From an uncultured delta proteobacterium (GTDB taxonomy: Bacteria; Myxococcota_A; Polyangia; Polyangiales; Polyangiaceae): DNA of 64,000 nucleotides. Numbering within the stretch: position 1 is the first letter of the stretch; every line of letters starts with the position of its first letter. The DNA lies in the NCBI GenBank assembly GCA_963841435.1, contig CAWJCS010000005.1:1152001-1216000 (forward strand), in the 5' to 3' direction. The position numbers and the translations under genes are program-made. Positions 27,789 to 37,749 of the stretch are shown piece after piece. The notes beneath the pieces are model-generated. The model was given only the letters and a program-made list of their open reading frames with translations. It was not told the DNA's origin and did no database searches.

Positions 27789-30700
27789 GTGCAAGCCAAT
27801 CCTCACCGCGGTCTCTGGGTCCTCCTTTCCCTTCTGCCACTCCTGACGCTCGCCTGCGGTGATCCACCCTCGGTGGCAAGGCGTCCCGGCGCGGCCGAAA
27901 CGGGAGGCAGCGCGGGCTCGGGTGGCAGCAGCGCGAGCGGTGGGCGCGGCGGTAGCGGCGGCAGCGCGGGCGGCATCGGCGTCGGGGCGATGGGCGGTGG
28001 CGACGAAGCCGGTGCGGCAGGCGCACCCGCGGAGGCCGAGTGCGGCAACGATCTCCTCGAGCCGGGCGAGCTCTGCGACGACGGCAACACGAAGGACGGC
28101 GACGGCTGCAGCGGGGATTGCTTGGTCCCCGACCCCGACTATCTGTGCGTCGAGGGCGAGGGCTGCGTGCGCGTCGTGACCTGCGGCAACGGCATCATCG
28201 AGGGCAACGAGGTTTGCGACGACGGCAACACCAAGAACGGCGACGGCTGCGCGAAGGGATGCGACGGGGTCGAGGACGGCTATTCGTGCATCAAGCCCGG
28301 CGAGCCCTGCGTGGTGCTCGCGGTGTGCGGAAACGGCGTGCGCGAGCGCGGCGAGCAGTGTGACGACGGCGACAACGACGACGGCGACGGTTGCAATGCC
28401 AAATGCCAGCTCGAGGACGGCTATTTCTGTCCTCCCGGCGCGGATTGCGTGCCGTTCGACTGCGGCGACGGCAACCGAACGCCGGACGAGCAATGCGACG
28501 ACGGCGACAACGACGACGGCGACGGCTGCGCCTCGGATTGCACCATCGAGGACGGCTGGCTGTGCTCTGCGAGCGGCTGCCGCCCGGTCTGCGGCGACGG
28601 CATGGTGCTCGGCAGCGAGGAGTGCGACGACGGCAACCCCCTGAGCGGCGACGGCTGCTCCGCGGCGTGCCTCGTGGAGCCCTTCTTCGACTGCGATTCG
28701 AGCGAGCCAAGCGTGTGCACCTCGACCATCGTGTGCGGCGACGGCCTGCTCGGCCCCGGCGAGGTGTGCGATCCCGGCATCACGGGACAGGACGCCTGCT
28801 ACAGCCCCACGGAGAATCCGGGCCTCGCCTGCAAGGCGTTCGACAGCGGTCTCGTCGCGCCACCCGTCTGCAATAACGGAGTCGTCGAGTACCAAGAGGA
28901 GTGCGACGGCGCCGTCACCGGGTGCACCAACTGCAAGGTCGACCCGGGCTACGTGTGTCCGGCCGCCAGTATCTGTTTCCGGCTCCCGGTGTGCGGCGAT
29001 GGGCTCTTGCAGGCGGGCGAGCAGTGCGACATCGGGCTGATGAGCGGGCCGGGCTGCATGAACTGCCAGCTCCAGCCGGGCTACTTCTGCTCCGGGGAGC
29101 CCTCGGTGTGCGTGCAGTCCGTCTGCGGCGACGGCTTCCGCGCCCCCGACGAGCAGTGCGACGACGGGCCCGGCACGCTGCAGGCCCCCGGCACCCCGGT
29201 CGGCGGCGACGGCTGCTCGGCCACCTGCACCGTGGAGACCGGCTGGGTGTGCCCGCCGGGCGCTAAGTGCCAGCCGGTGTGCGGCGACGGGCTCCTGCGC
29301 GGCGCCGAGCAGTGCGACACGCCGGACACGAACGGCTGCCAGAACTGCCGCTTGAAGCCGGGCTACAAGTGCGGCGCCGGCGGCACCTCCAATCCGTGCA
29401 CCGCCACCGTCTGCGGCAACGGCACGCCCGAGCCCGGCGAGGGTTGCGACGACGGCAACAAGGTCGCCGGTGACGGCTGCGGGCCGACCTGCCAGCTCGA
29501 GCCCGTCGTGACCGTCGGTCCGAGCCCCAGCGTGGCCGTCACCTGTGGCGACGGCCTCAAGACGGGCAGCGAGCAGTGCGACGACGGCAACAAAACGAGC
29601 GGCGATGGCTGCTCGTCGACCTGCCAGACCGAGCCCGGCTGGATCTGCGACGCCAGCATCGTCTATCCACCCTCGGTCGAGTTCAAGGTCGTCTACCGCG
29701 ACTTCAAGCACAGAAACGAGTCCGGCGGGCACCCCCACATGCGCCAGCAGACCGCGAATCCGCCCAACATCACCAACGATGCCGGCATCGTCGGCGCCCT
29801 TTGCACGGTTGCGAACCCGAGCGCCTGCGGTCGCCTCGACGCCAACGGCAAGCCCACCTACGTCGGAACGGGCACGCACAACAGCATCGACCCTTCGGGT
29901 GACAACCTGAGCGTTGCGTACCACCAGGACGCCTTCAAACTTTGGTACCGCGACACCAACGCGACGGCCCTGAACGACCCGGCCTCCGAGACCGACGGCA
30001 ATGCGGCGACGAACGTGCCGATCGTGATCTGGCCGAACCCCACGCCCATGCCCGCGAGCGGCGTGGACACCCTCCTGCTCACCCGCGTCGGAACGACGAG
30101 CGCTTACCGCCTCTCGAGCGGTGGCAACACGTTCTACCCGCTCGGCTCGGCCAGCAACCCCACGGTCGCGCCCCGGGGTTACGGCTACACGCCGAACGCA
30201 ACCCCTCAGCGCAACTGGAACTTCACGAGCGAGCTCCGCTACTTCTTCCAGTACCAGGGCGGCGAAACGCTCACGTTCTACGGTGACGACGACGTGTGGG
30301 TGTTCATCAACGGCCGCCTCGCCGTGGACATCGGCGGCATCCACACCCAGCTCAACGGGCGCGTCGTGCTCGGCGACGACGGCGCGGGCGGCACCGCTAC
30401 CGAGAGCGACTGCTCGGTCAACGTTTCGAACAACAACAACTCGACGACCCTTCCAGCCTGCACCCTGGAGGCTGCCGAGAACGACACGACCGACCAGCGG
30501 TTCGGCCTGACCAGGGGCGGCGTGTACGAGATCGTCGTGCTCCAGGCGGAACGATGCCCGACGGAGTCGAACTACCAGCTCACGCTCGACGGGTTCATCG
30601 CGCCGCGCTCCTACTGCCACACGACCTGCGGCGACGGCACGCGAGCCGGCACGGAGCTGTGCGACGACGGTGCGGGCATGCCCGCCACCGGGTACGGCGT

Positions 30701-31925
30701 GTGTCTGAACGACTGCACGTTCAAGTTCTGCGGCGACGGCGCCGTGAACGGCACCGAAACCTGCGACAACCGCGTCAATGCCGATCTCTACGGCTCGGGC
30801 TGCGGGCCCGGCTGCGTCGCGCCCGCCCGCTGCGGCGACGGCGTCGTGCAGCGGTCCTTCGGCGAAGAATGCGACAAGGGCGCCCAGAACGCCAACGGCG
30901 TCTACGGCGGCTGTACCACGAGCTGCAAGCTCGGTCCGTACTGCGGCGACGGGATGGTCGACGGCAACGAGCAGTGCGACACGCCCGGCGCTTTCACGAC
31001 GTACGGTAGCGGCCCCGGTGAGTGCAACTACGACTGCCGGTTTGCACCCTATTGCGGTGACAACGTGCGCAACGGCACGGAGATCTGCGACGGCACGATG
31101 GCTTGCAACTCGAGCTGCGAGCTGGATCCGTTCTGCGGCGACGGTCTGAAGACGATGAACGAGGCCTGCGACTACGGTCAGTTCGGCTTCGCCGGACCGC
31201 CTGCGCAGGCCCCGTACGGAGGCTGCACCACGGCGTGCGAGCTCGGGCCCTACTGCGGCGACGAGGTCGTGCAAAGCACCTTCGGCGAGGAGTGCGACGA
31301 GGGCGCGCAGAATGCCAACAACAGCTACGACGGGTGCACCACGGCGTGCTTGCTCGGGCCACACTGTGGCGACGGCGTGCTCCAGTCCGCCGCAGGTGAG
31401 GTCTGCGACAACGGGTTCAACGAGGACGAGTACGCCTACCCGGGTGCCAAGAATCCCTGCGGCCCGGCGTGTATGGACGTGCCTTACTGTGGCGACGGCC
31501 AGGTCCAGTCCGCGTTCGAGCTCTGCGACGACGGCGCCGACAACGACGACAATGCCTACGACGGCTGCACCACGACCTGCGATTGGGGTCCGTACTGCGG
31601 CGACGGCACGAAGAACGGCTCGGAGCAGTGCGACGACGGTCCGGACAATGCTGCGTATTCGGCCGACGGCAAGGGTTGCTCCTACGAGTGCAAGAAGAAC
31701 CAGGCGTACTGCGGCGACGGCGTGCGCAACGGCCCCGAGCAATGCGACCTCGGCACGTCGCAGAACGACGGCTCCTACGGCGGTTGCAAGGACGACTGCA
31801 CGCGAGCGCCGTACTGCGGCGACGGCAAGCTCCAGAAGAGTTCGGGTGAAGCCTGCGACGACGGCCCGACCGGCAGCCTCACCTGCACGCCGACCTGCAA
31901 GCTCAGAAGCGGCGGAGTGAAGTAG
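27789..31925 (+). CDS. Large lipoprotein: myxobacterial Cys-rich (DUF4215-like) repeats flanking a central fibro-slime domain
   Basis: Lipobox TLAC, about 12 CG(D/N)G...E.CDDG repeats on each side of NWNFTSE...GDDDVWVFINGRLAVDIGGIH. Confidence 0.9.
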   Translation: MQANPHRGLWVLLSLLPLLTLACGDPPSVARRPGAAETGGSAGSGGSSASGGRGGSGGSAGGIGVGAMGGGDEAGAAGAPAEAECGNDLLEPGELCDDGNTKDGDGCSGDCLVPDPDYLCVEGEGCVRVVTCGNGIIEGNEVCDDGNTKNGDGCAKGCDGVEDGYSCIKPGEPCVVLAVCGNGVRERGEQCDDGDNDDGDGCNAKCQLEDGYFCPPGADCVPFDCGDGNRTPDEQCDDGDNDDGDGCASDCTIEDGWLCSASGCRPVCGDGMVLGSEECDDGNPLSGDGCSAACLVEPFFDCDSSEPSVCTSTIVCGDGLLGPGEVCDPGITGQDACYSPTENPGLACKAFDSGLVAPPVCNNGVVEYQEECDGAVTGCTNCKVDPGYVCPAASICFRLPVCGDGLLQAGEQCDIGLMSGPGCMNCQLQPGYFCSGEPSVCVQSVCGDGFRAPDEQCDDGPGTLQAPGTPVGGDGCSATCTVETGWVCPPGAKCQPVCGDGLLRGAEQCDTPDTNGCQNCRLKPGYKCGAGGTSNPCTATVCGNGTPEPGEGCDDGNKVAGDGCGPTCQLEPVVTVGPSPSVAVTCGDGLKTGSEQCDDGNKTSGDGCSSTCQTEPGWICDASIVYPPSVEFKVVYRDFKHRNESGGHPHMRQQTANPPNITNDAGIVGALCTVANPSACGRLDANGKPTYVGTGTHNSIDPSGDNLSVAYHQDAFKLWYRDTNATALNDPASETDGNAATNVPIVIWPNPTPMPASGVDTLLLTRVGTTSAYRLSSGGNTFYPLGSASNPTVAPRGYGYTPNATPQRNWNFTSELRYFFQYQGGETLTFYGDDDVWVFINGRLAVDIGGIHTQLNGRVVLGDDGAGGTATESDCSVNVSNNNNSTTLPACTLEAAENDTTDQRFGLTRGGVYEIVVLQAERCPTESNYQLTLDGFIAPRSYCHTTCGDGTRAGTELCDDGAGMPATGYGVCLNDCTFKFCGDGAVNGTETCDNRVNADLYGSGCGPGCVAPARCGDGVVQRSFGEECDKGAQNANGVYGGCTTSCKLGPYCGDGMVDGNEQCDTPGAFTTYGSGPGECNYDCRFAPYCGDNVRNGTEICDGTMACNSSCELDPFCGDGLKTMNEACDYGQFGFAGPPAQAPYGGCTTACELGPYCGDEVVQSTFGEECDEGAQNANNSYDGCTTACLLGPHCGDGVLQSAAGEVCDNGFNEDEYAYPGAKNPCGPACMDVPYCGDGQVQSAFELCDDGADNDDNAYDGCTTTCDWGPYCGDGTKNGSEQCDDGPDNAAYSADGKGCSYECKKNQAYCGDGVRNGPEQCDLGTSQNDGSYGGCKDDCTRAPYCGDGKLQKSSGEACDDGPTGSLTCTPTCKLRSGGVK

Positions 31926-31937
31926 CCGCGACCCGTG

Positions 31938-31963
31938 GAGCCGGCGCCTCGGCGCGCCGGCTC
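31938..31963. terminator. Hairpin between convergent genes
   Basis: GAGCCGGCGC / GCGCCGGCTC perfect 10-bp stem. Confidence 0.5.
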
Positions 31964-32009
31964 TCGGCCCGGACTCGGCCGCCCACGCTCGTTCGACGGA
32001 CCGCCCGCC

Positions 32010-32713
32010 TCAGAGGCGATTGGCGTAGGCGCTGCGCATCCCGTCGTACACGCCCATCGCGGTGGGCTCCGCCTCGAAGATGGGCCACGCGTCGGCAAGC
32101 TGGGTGCCGGAGTCGTCGTTGATGAAGAGCCCCAGGCCGACGCCGGCCTGCACGGGGTGCTCTCCGCCCTTGTCGATGTGGAGAACCGTCTTGATGTTCG
32201 CGTCCACCTCCTTGACGCCGCGAATGCCTTCCTTGAGGAGCATGGCGGTGTTCGCCCAGTTCGACGTGCGGCCGTTCACCGTGTTGGTCGAGGTGGGGTG
32301 ACCGTCGGCGTCGCAGATGTGGATGAGCAGGCCGGGGGTGATCTCGTTGCCGACCTGCACCAAGTCCGGCCTGCCGCCCGCAGCGATGAGCGTCGTGATG
32401 GCATTTTTCATGTAGTCGTACACGTGCGACGCCATCTGGCTCAGCGTGTCGTTCTGCCAGGCGACGGGAATGCACTGCTTGCCGGGATCCGCCCAGGTCT
32501 TCACGCGCGCCGCCATCTCCGCCGTGTGAGCGAGGTCTCCGAAGCCGTCCGTCTGGCCGGCAGTGCCCCCGGCGCTTGTGGCAGGCCGCCGCTCCCCGGC
32601 GCTGAGGTCGCGCCGCCTGCTCCGCCCGCTGATGTCCCGGTGTTGTCGGCCTGGCTGCAACCGAGCAGGGAAACACCGGCGACCAGCGTCAAACAAAGCT
32701 TTCGAGCTCTCAT
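32010..32713 (-). pseudogene. Decayed GH53 endo-1,4-beta-galactanase lipoprotein
   Basis: TWADPGKQ and VQVGNEI motifs; signal peptide in a different frame; DFHYSD segment and nucleophile region are missing. Confidence 0.8.
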
Positions 32714-32892
32714 CCGCTTCTTTTTTGTGTCCCGCCCGCCCAGGCGGACGCTTGCGTCCGGGGAATGGACGCCTGCGCGCTCGCAGGTCGGAATTTCTTT
32801 GTGCCACGCGCCTCCCGACGTGCCACGCGGTCCCCCACGGAGTGGACGGGGCCGCGCTGTCAGAGGGAGCACTCGGGTGGTACCTTCGCGGC

Positions 32893-34408
32893 GTGCGTGG
32901 ACTATGGCTCGGGCTGCTCGCCGTGCTGTGCGGCTGCGCGACGGACGCTGGCGGCGGCGCCGCGCGTCCGGTCGCGGCAGGCGCAGGCGGTGCTGGGACG
33001 AGCGCAGGCGACGGCGGCAACGCCGCTGCCGGGTCGTCGAGCGGTTTCTCGGGTGATGCTGGCTCGTCAGGTGCTGCGGGAAGCGTTGCCGGGTCGTTCA
33101 ACCGGCGGCGGCGCAGGCCTGTCGTCGGGTGGCGTCGCAGGCGCGGCGGCCGGGCAAGGTGGGCTTGCCGGTGACGCGGGCGCGAGCAGTGGCGGAGGTG
33201 GTGCCGCCGCGGGCTCTTCGGCAGGTGGCGCCGCGGGGAGCACCACGGCCGGCGCGGATGCGCTCGCGGCGCTGCGCGCCTACCTCGCGCTCGCGCGCGA
33301 CACGCGTCCTTTGCTCGACGAGCAGCCGTTCGCCGTGGTGCCGCTGACGCGCGACGAGTCGAACCAGGCGACCGATCTGCTCTGGGACGACCATGTCGCG
33401 CTCATTCGCGACACGCGCGCCGAAGAGACCACACAGAAAGCGATCACCCTCGGCGACAAGACCCTCCGCTACGATTTCAAGGTTTTCGGGAGCGAGCCCG
33501 CTTCGGGCCATAGTCTCTATCTTTCCCTTCATGGTGGCGGCGAGGCCGATCCCAGCGTCAACGACGAGCAGTGGGAAAACCAGAAGGTTCTCTACGAGCC
33601 CGACGAGGGCATCTACCTGGCTCCCCGCGCGCCGACCGACACCTGGAATCTCTGGCACGAGGCGCACATCGACCCGCTGTTCACGCGCCTGATCGAGGAC
33701 CTCATCGTCTTCGAGGGCGTCAACTCGAATCACGTCTACGTGATGGGCTACTCGGCGGGCGGGGACGGCGTGTACCAGCTCGGCCCCCGCATGGCCGACT
33801 CGTGGGCGGCGGCAGCGATGATGGCCGGGCACCCGAACGACGCCCGGCCCGACAGCCTGCGCAACATCGGCTTCACGATCCACGTGGGCGGGCTCGACAC
33901 GGCCTACGACCGCAACCTCAAAGCAGAGGAATGGGGCGGGCTGCTCGACGGCCTCGAAGCAGCGGACCCCGGCGGCTACCCGCACGAAGTCCAAATCCAC
34001 CCCGACAAGCCGCACTGGATGGATCTCGAGGATGCCGTGGCCGTGCCCTGGATGGCGGCGTTCACGCGAGATCCCGTGCCGCGTCGCGTCGTCTGGCTAG
34101 AGGACGACGTGCCCCACGAGCGCTTCTACTGGTTGGCGGTGCCCACCAACGAAGCAATCAAGGCCACCAAGGTGACGGCGTCGGTGGACGGTCAGGCGAT
34201 CACCCTCGAGGTCAGCGGCGTCCAAAACCTCGACGTGCGTCTGTCCGACGCGCTCGTCGACCTCGACCAGCCCGTGACGGTGACCCAGGGCACGACGACG
34301 CTCTTCACCGGCACGGTGCCGCGCACGATCGGCGTCGTCGCTGCGACGCTCGCCGAGCGCGGCGACCGCGCCCTCACGTTCCCTGCGGAAGTCGCGATCG
34401 CGCTGTAG
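32893..34408 (+). CDS. Alpha/beta-hydrolase lipoprotein, +1 frameshift at about 33097
   Basis: Lipobox LCGC and Gly linker in one frame; SLHGGG, GYSAGGDG, HWM in the next frame. Confidence 0.8.
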
Positions 34409-34659
34409 TAAGGCGAAACCGCCTTCAAAGCTCGCCTGCCTCCTCCGGAGGCAACTGTCGCTCCGAGGCGCGGACGCGAAAAAGACGCGCTAGGAGAATC
34501 ACCCCAAGGTCGTGGAGTGGAACACGCGCGCTCGGTGAAGGGCGTTTGAGTCGGGGATTCGCCGAGCCGCGGCGCGTCGGCGATTGTTCGGTGCGAGCGA
34601 ATGATCGCGTGCTCGAAATCCGGATGGACCGCGGCAAAAGCGGTCGCTACTCTGAATCC

Positions 34660-35838
34660 ATGGGTCGAGGGCTCGTCGTCGCTGGCTGGCTGGTGCTTGC
34701 GTGCCTTTCGTGTAGCGGTCGCTCGCAGTCGGGCAATCTCGGGCGCGCCGCCGGCACGGGTGGCGAGGGCGCGGCGAGCGGCGGAGCAGGTGCCGGTGCG
34801 GCCGGTGGCGGGGCGGGTCAGGGAGGCGGGGCCGCGCGCAACGGTGGCTCTTCCGGCGGCGGCGCGGGCGCATCCGGCGGCTCGGGTGCGTCGGGCGGTG
34901 GCTCGCTCGGCGGCGCCGGCGCTGGCGGAGCGAACGCCGGCGGAACGAGCGCGGCCGGAGCCGACGGCGGCACGACGCTCGGTGGAACGAGCGCGGGCGG
35001 CGCGGACGCGGGCAGCGCGGGCTCGGGTGGGGCGGGCGAGGGTGGCGCCGGCGGCGCAGCGATCGAGCCGTGCGAGGACGGTGACTGCGATCTTGCCGTC
35101 GTGCGAGCCATCCTCGCGGCCAACGGGCTCACCGAAGACGACCCGCTCTACTCGGTGACCACGCTCGACGACAACGGACGCGTCGTCGAGCTCAACCTGC
35201 TCCCACTCGATCTGTTCGGCCCGCTGCCGGAGGGGATCTCGGTTCTGCCGCCGGAGGTCGGCAGACTGAGCGCGCTCCAAACGTTGCTCGCCGCAGGGGG
35301 CAGTCTCACGGACGTTCCCGATGAGCTCGGCGAGCTCGGCCAGCTAACGTGGCTCAACCTCGCCTACAACGACCTTACCCGCTTTCCCGAAGCCATCTTG
35401 CGCCTGACGCTCCTCGAACGGCTCGAGCTCGACGACAACCAGATCACCGACGTACCGGCGGGCATTTCGGCGCTCGTCGCGCTCGGCGACCTCTGGATGC
35501 CGTCGAACAGGGTCGAGCGGCTCCCCGAAGAGCTCGGCACCCTGCCGAGCCTCTACCAGATGAACTTCGGGTCCAACCGGTTGAGCGAGCTCCCCGCGAG
35601 CATCGGCGATCTGACCCTGATGAGTCGGTTGTTCCTCGGCGACAACCAGCTGAGCACCTTGCCGGACGCCATCACCAGGCTCGATCCGGTCAACCTGTCT
35701 TTCTCCAACAACGGTCTGTGTAACGTCTCGGCGGCCCTGCGCGCCTGGCTCGACTTGCACGATGATTCCTGGGCAGCGTCGCAATTCGCCGACACCGCGC
35801 ACCAGGTGCCCTGCGTCGTCGCGAGCGCGGCAAGGTGA
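34660..35838 (+). CDS. Leucine-rich-repeat lipoprotein with Gly-rich linker
   Basis: Lipobox-like CLSC, long Gly linker, repeated LxxLxLxxNxLxxLPxxIG units. Confidence 0.88.
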   Translation: MGRGLVVAGWLVLACLSCSGRSQSGNLGRAAGTGGEGAASGGAGAGAAGGGAGQGGGAARNGGSSGGGAGASGGSGASGGGSLGGAGAGGANAGGTSAAGADGGTTLGGTSAGGADAGSAGSGGAGEGGAGGAAIEPCEDGDCDLAVVRAILAANGLTEDDPLYSVTTLDDNGRVVELNLLPLDLFGPLPEGISVLPPEVGRLSALQTLLAAGGSLTDVPDELGELGQLTWLNLAYNDLTRFPEAILRLTLLERLELDDNQITDVPAGISALVALGDLWMPSNRVERLPEELGTLPSLYQMNFGSNRLSELPASIGDLTLMSRLFLGDNQLSTLPDAITRLDPVNLSFSNNGLCNVSAALRAWLDLHDDSWAASQFADTAHQVPCVVASAAR

Positions 35839-35934
35839 GCCGGAGGCCGACGCCCACGGCCCCGCGGGCGGGCGGCGCGGGCGTCAGCCGTTCTCGGCGC
35901 TGGCCCGTGTCGGCGGCGGTACTATAGTCAGCGG

Positions 35935-37692
35935 ATGCGACCTGCTTGGTGGGCAGTCGTCGGCACGCTGACGCTCATGGCGTGCAGCCCGCGGAGCGCG
36001 AGTGAGGGCGCGGGCGGCACGGCGGGAACCAGCGGCAGCGGGGCCGGCGGTTGGGCAGCGGGCGGCAGCAGCGGAACCAGCGGCTCCGGAGCCGGCGGCG
36101 GCGGTACCAGTGGAGGGGGCACGGGCGGGACGGGTGGATCCGGCGGCACCGGGCTCATCCTGATCGACGCAGGCGATCCGGACGCGTGCGCGGAGGGCTG
36201 CTCGGCGGACCCCTGCGCGGAGGCGGTGCGGACGAAGCAGTCAGTCGGCTGCGAGTACTACGCGACGATGATGGACAGCATGGTGGGCGACGTCTGCTTC
36301 GCCGTCTTCGTCGCCAACACCTCGAGCTCGCCCGCCCACCTGACGGTCGAGTACGGGGGCGCCTTGCCCAACGTCGCCTCGTTCACCCGCATCCCCGAAG
36401 GCTACGGGCCCGGTCTCACGTATCGCGCCTACAATCCTGACGAGGGCATCGCCCCGGACGAGGTCGCGATCCTATTCCTTTCCGGTCCGACTGGCGATGT
36501 TGCGTTCCCCCAAGTCCCCTGCCCCGTCGAATCGGCGCTGCCCACCGGTGTGTTCTTCACGGGCACGGGCTACGGCCGGTCTTTCCGCATCACCACCGAC
36601 GTGCCCGTCGTCGCCTATCAGATGAACCCTTACGGCGGCGCCGGAACCAGCATCACCGGCGCTTCGCTGCTCTTACCCACGAGCGTGTGGGACACCAACT
36701 ACGTCATCGCGAGCGCCTTCGGCGACGGCGGCCTGGGACCCTCGCTCAACATCATCGCCCAGGCGAACGCCACGCGCGTCACCATCGTCCCCAACCGGCC
36801 CGTCGTGGGCGGCAAGGGCATCCCCGCGAGCAACGCGAACGTCCCCTTCGACCTCTTGCTCGGCCAGGGAGAGCAGGCGCAGATCTCCCAGGAAGACCTC
36901 ACCGGCAGCATCCTGTCCTCGGACAAGCCGGTGGGGCTCATGGCGGGCCATCAGTGCATGGAGATCCCGGCCGGCGTCCTCGCCTGCGACCACGGCGAGC
37001 AGATGGTTCCGCCCATCCGCGCCCTCGGCAGCGAATACGTGGGCGTCATGCACCGCCCGCGGGGCACCGAACCGGCGTTCTGGCGCGTCATCGGTGCGGC
37101 TGACGGCACCGTCCTCACCTGGTCGTCCGACGTCGGCGGGCCGACGAGCCTCGCGCTCGGTGAGGTTGCCATCTTCGCGACACGCGAGCCGTTCGTCGTC
37201 GAGAGTCAGGACGAGGATCACCCGTTCCTTCTCTTTTCCCACATGGTCGGCGTGAACTACGAAATGTCGATTCCCAACAACGCCGGTGATCCGGACTCGG
37301 TCCTCAGCGTCCCGCCGGCGCAATACCTGTCTCACTACGTCTTTTTCACGGACCCGACCTACCCGGAGACGAACCTCGTCGTCGTGCGCAAGAGCGTCAA
37401 CGGCCGCTTCGCCGACGTCAATCTCGACTGCAGCGGCCCCCTAACCGGCTGGGCTCCCGTCGGCGACTACGAGTGGACCCGCGCAGATCTGATGACCGGC
37501 AACTTCGAGGGCGTCGGCAACTGCTCGACCGGCCGCCACGTGATCGACAGCCCGAACCCCTTCGGAGTCTGGGTGTGGGGCTGGGGCTCGTCGCTCACCG
37601 AGGCGCAGACCACCAGCGTATCGTACGGCTACCCAGCTGGGATGAACGTGGAGCCCATCAATCCGGTCGTGGTGCCGCCGGAGCCGCGATAG
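35935..37692 (+). CDS. IgGFc-binding-like domain lipoprotein
   Basis: Lipobox LMAC, Gly linker, SVGCEYY, ASLLLPTSVW, DHGEQMVPP, GDP..VPPAQYL..Y.F, SYGYPAG. Confidence 0.8.
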   Translation: MRPAWWAVVGTLTLMACSPRSASEGAGGTAGTSGSGAGGWAAGGSSGTSGSGAGGGGTSGGGTGGTGGSGGTGLILIDAGDPDACAEGCSADPCAEAVRTKQSVGCEYYATMMDSMVGDVCFAVFVANTSSSPAHLTVEYGGALPNVASFTRIPEGYGPGLTYRAYNPDEGIAPDEVAILFLSGPTGDVAFPQVPCPVESALPTGVFFTGTGYGRSFRITTDVPVVAYQMNPYGGAGTSITGASLLLPTSVWDTNYVIASAFGDGGLGPSLNIIAQANATRVTIVPNRPVVGGKGIPASNANVPFDLLLGQGEQAQISQEDLTGSILSSDKPVGLMAGHQCMEIPAGVLACDHGEQMVPPIRALGSEYVGVMHRPRGTEPAFWRVIGAADGTVLTWSSDVGGPTSLALGEVAIFATREPFVVESQDEDHPFLLFSHMVGVNYEMSIPNNAGDPDSVLSVPPAQYLSHYVFFTDPTYPETNLVVVRKSVNGRFADVNLDCSGPLTGWAPVGDYEWTRADLMTGNFEGVGNCSTGRHVIDSPNPFGVWVWGWGSSLTEAQTTSVSYGYPAGMNVEPINPVVVPPEPR

Positions 37693-37749
37693 CGCAATGG
37701 CAGCGCACGGCCCGGCGTCGTCGAGGCATGCCGCCATCGACCTCGGGGC

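Noticed and set aside
27771..31742. 1323-aa minus-strand ORF
   Set aside because: Antisense shadow of the Cys-rich repeat gene; V/A/R-rich with no motifs, typical of high-GC DNA.
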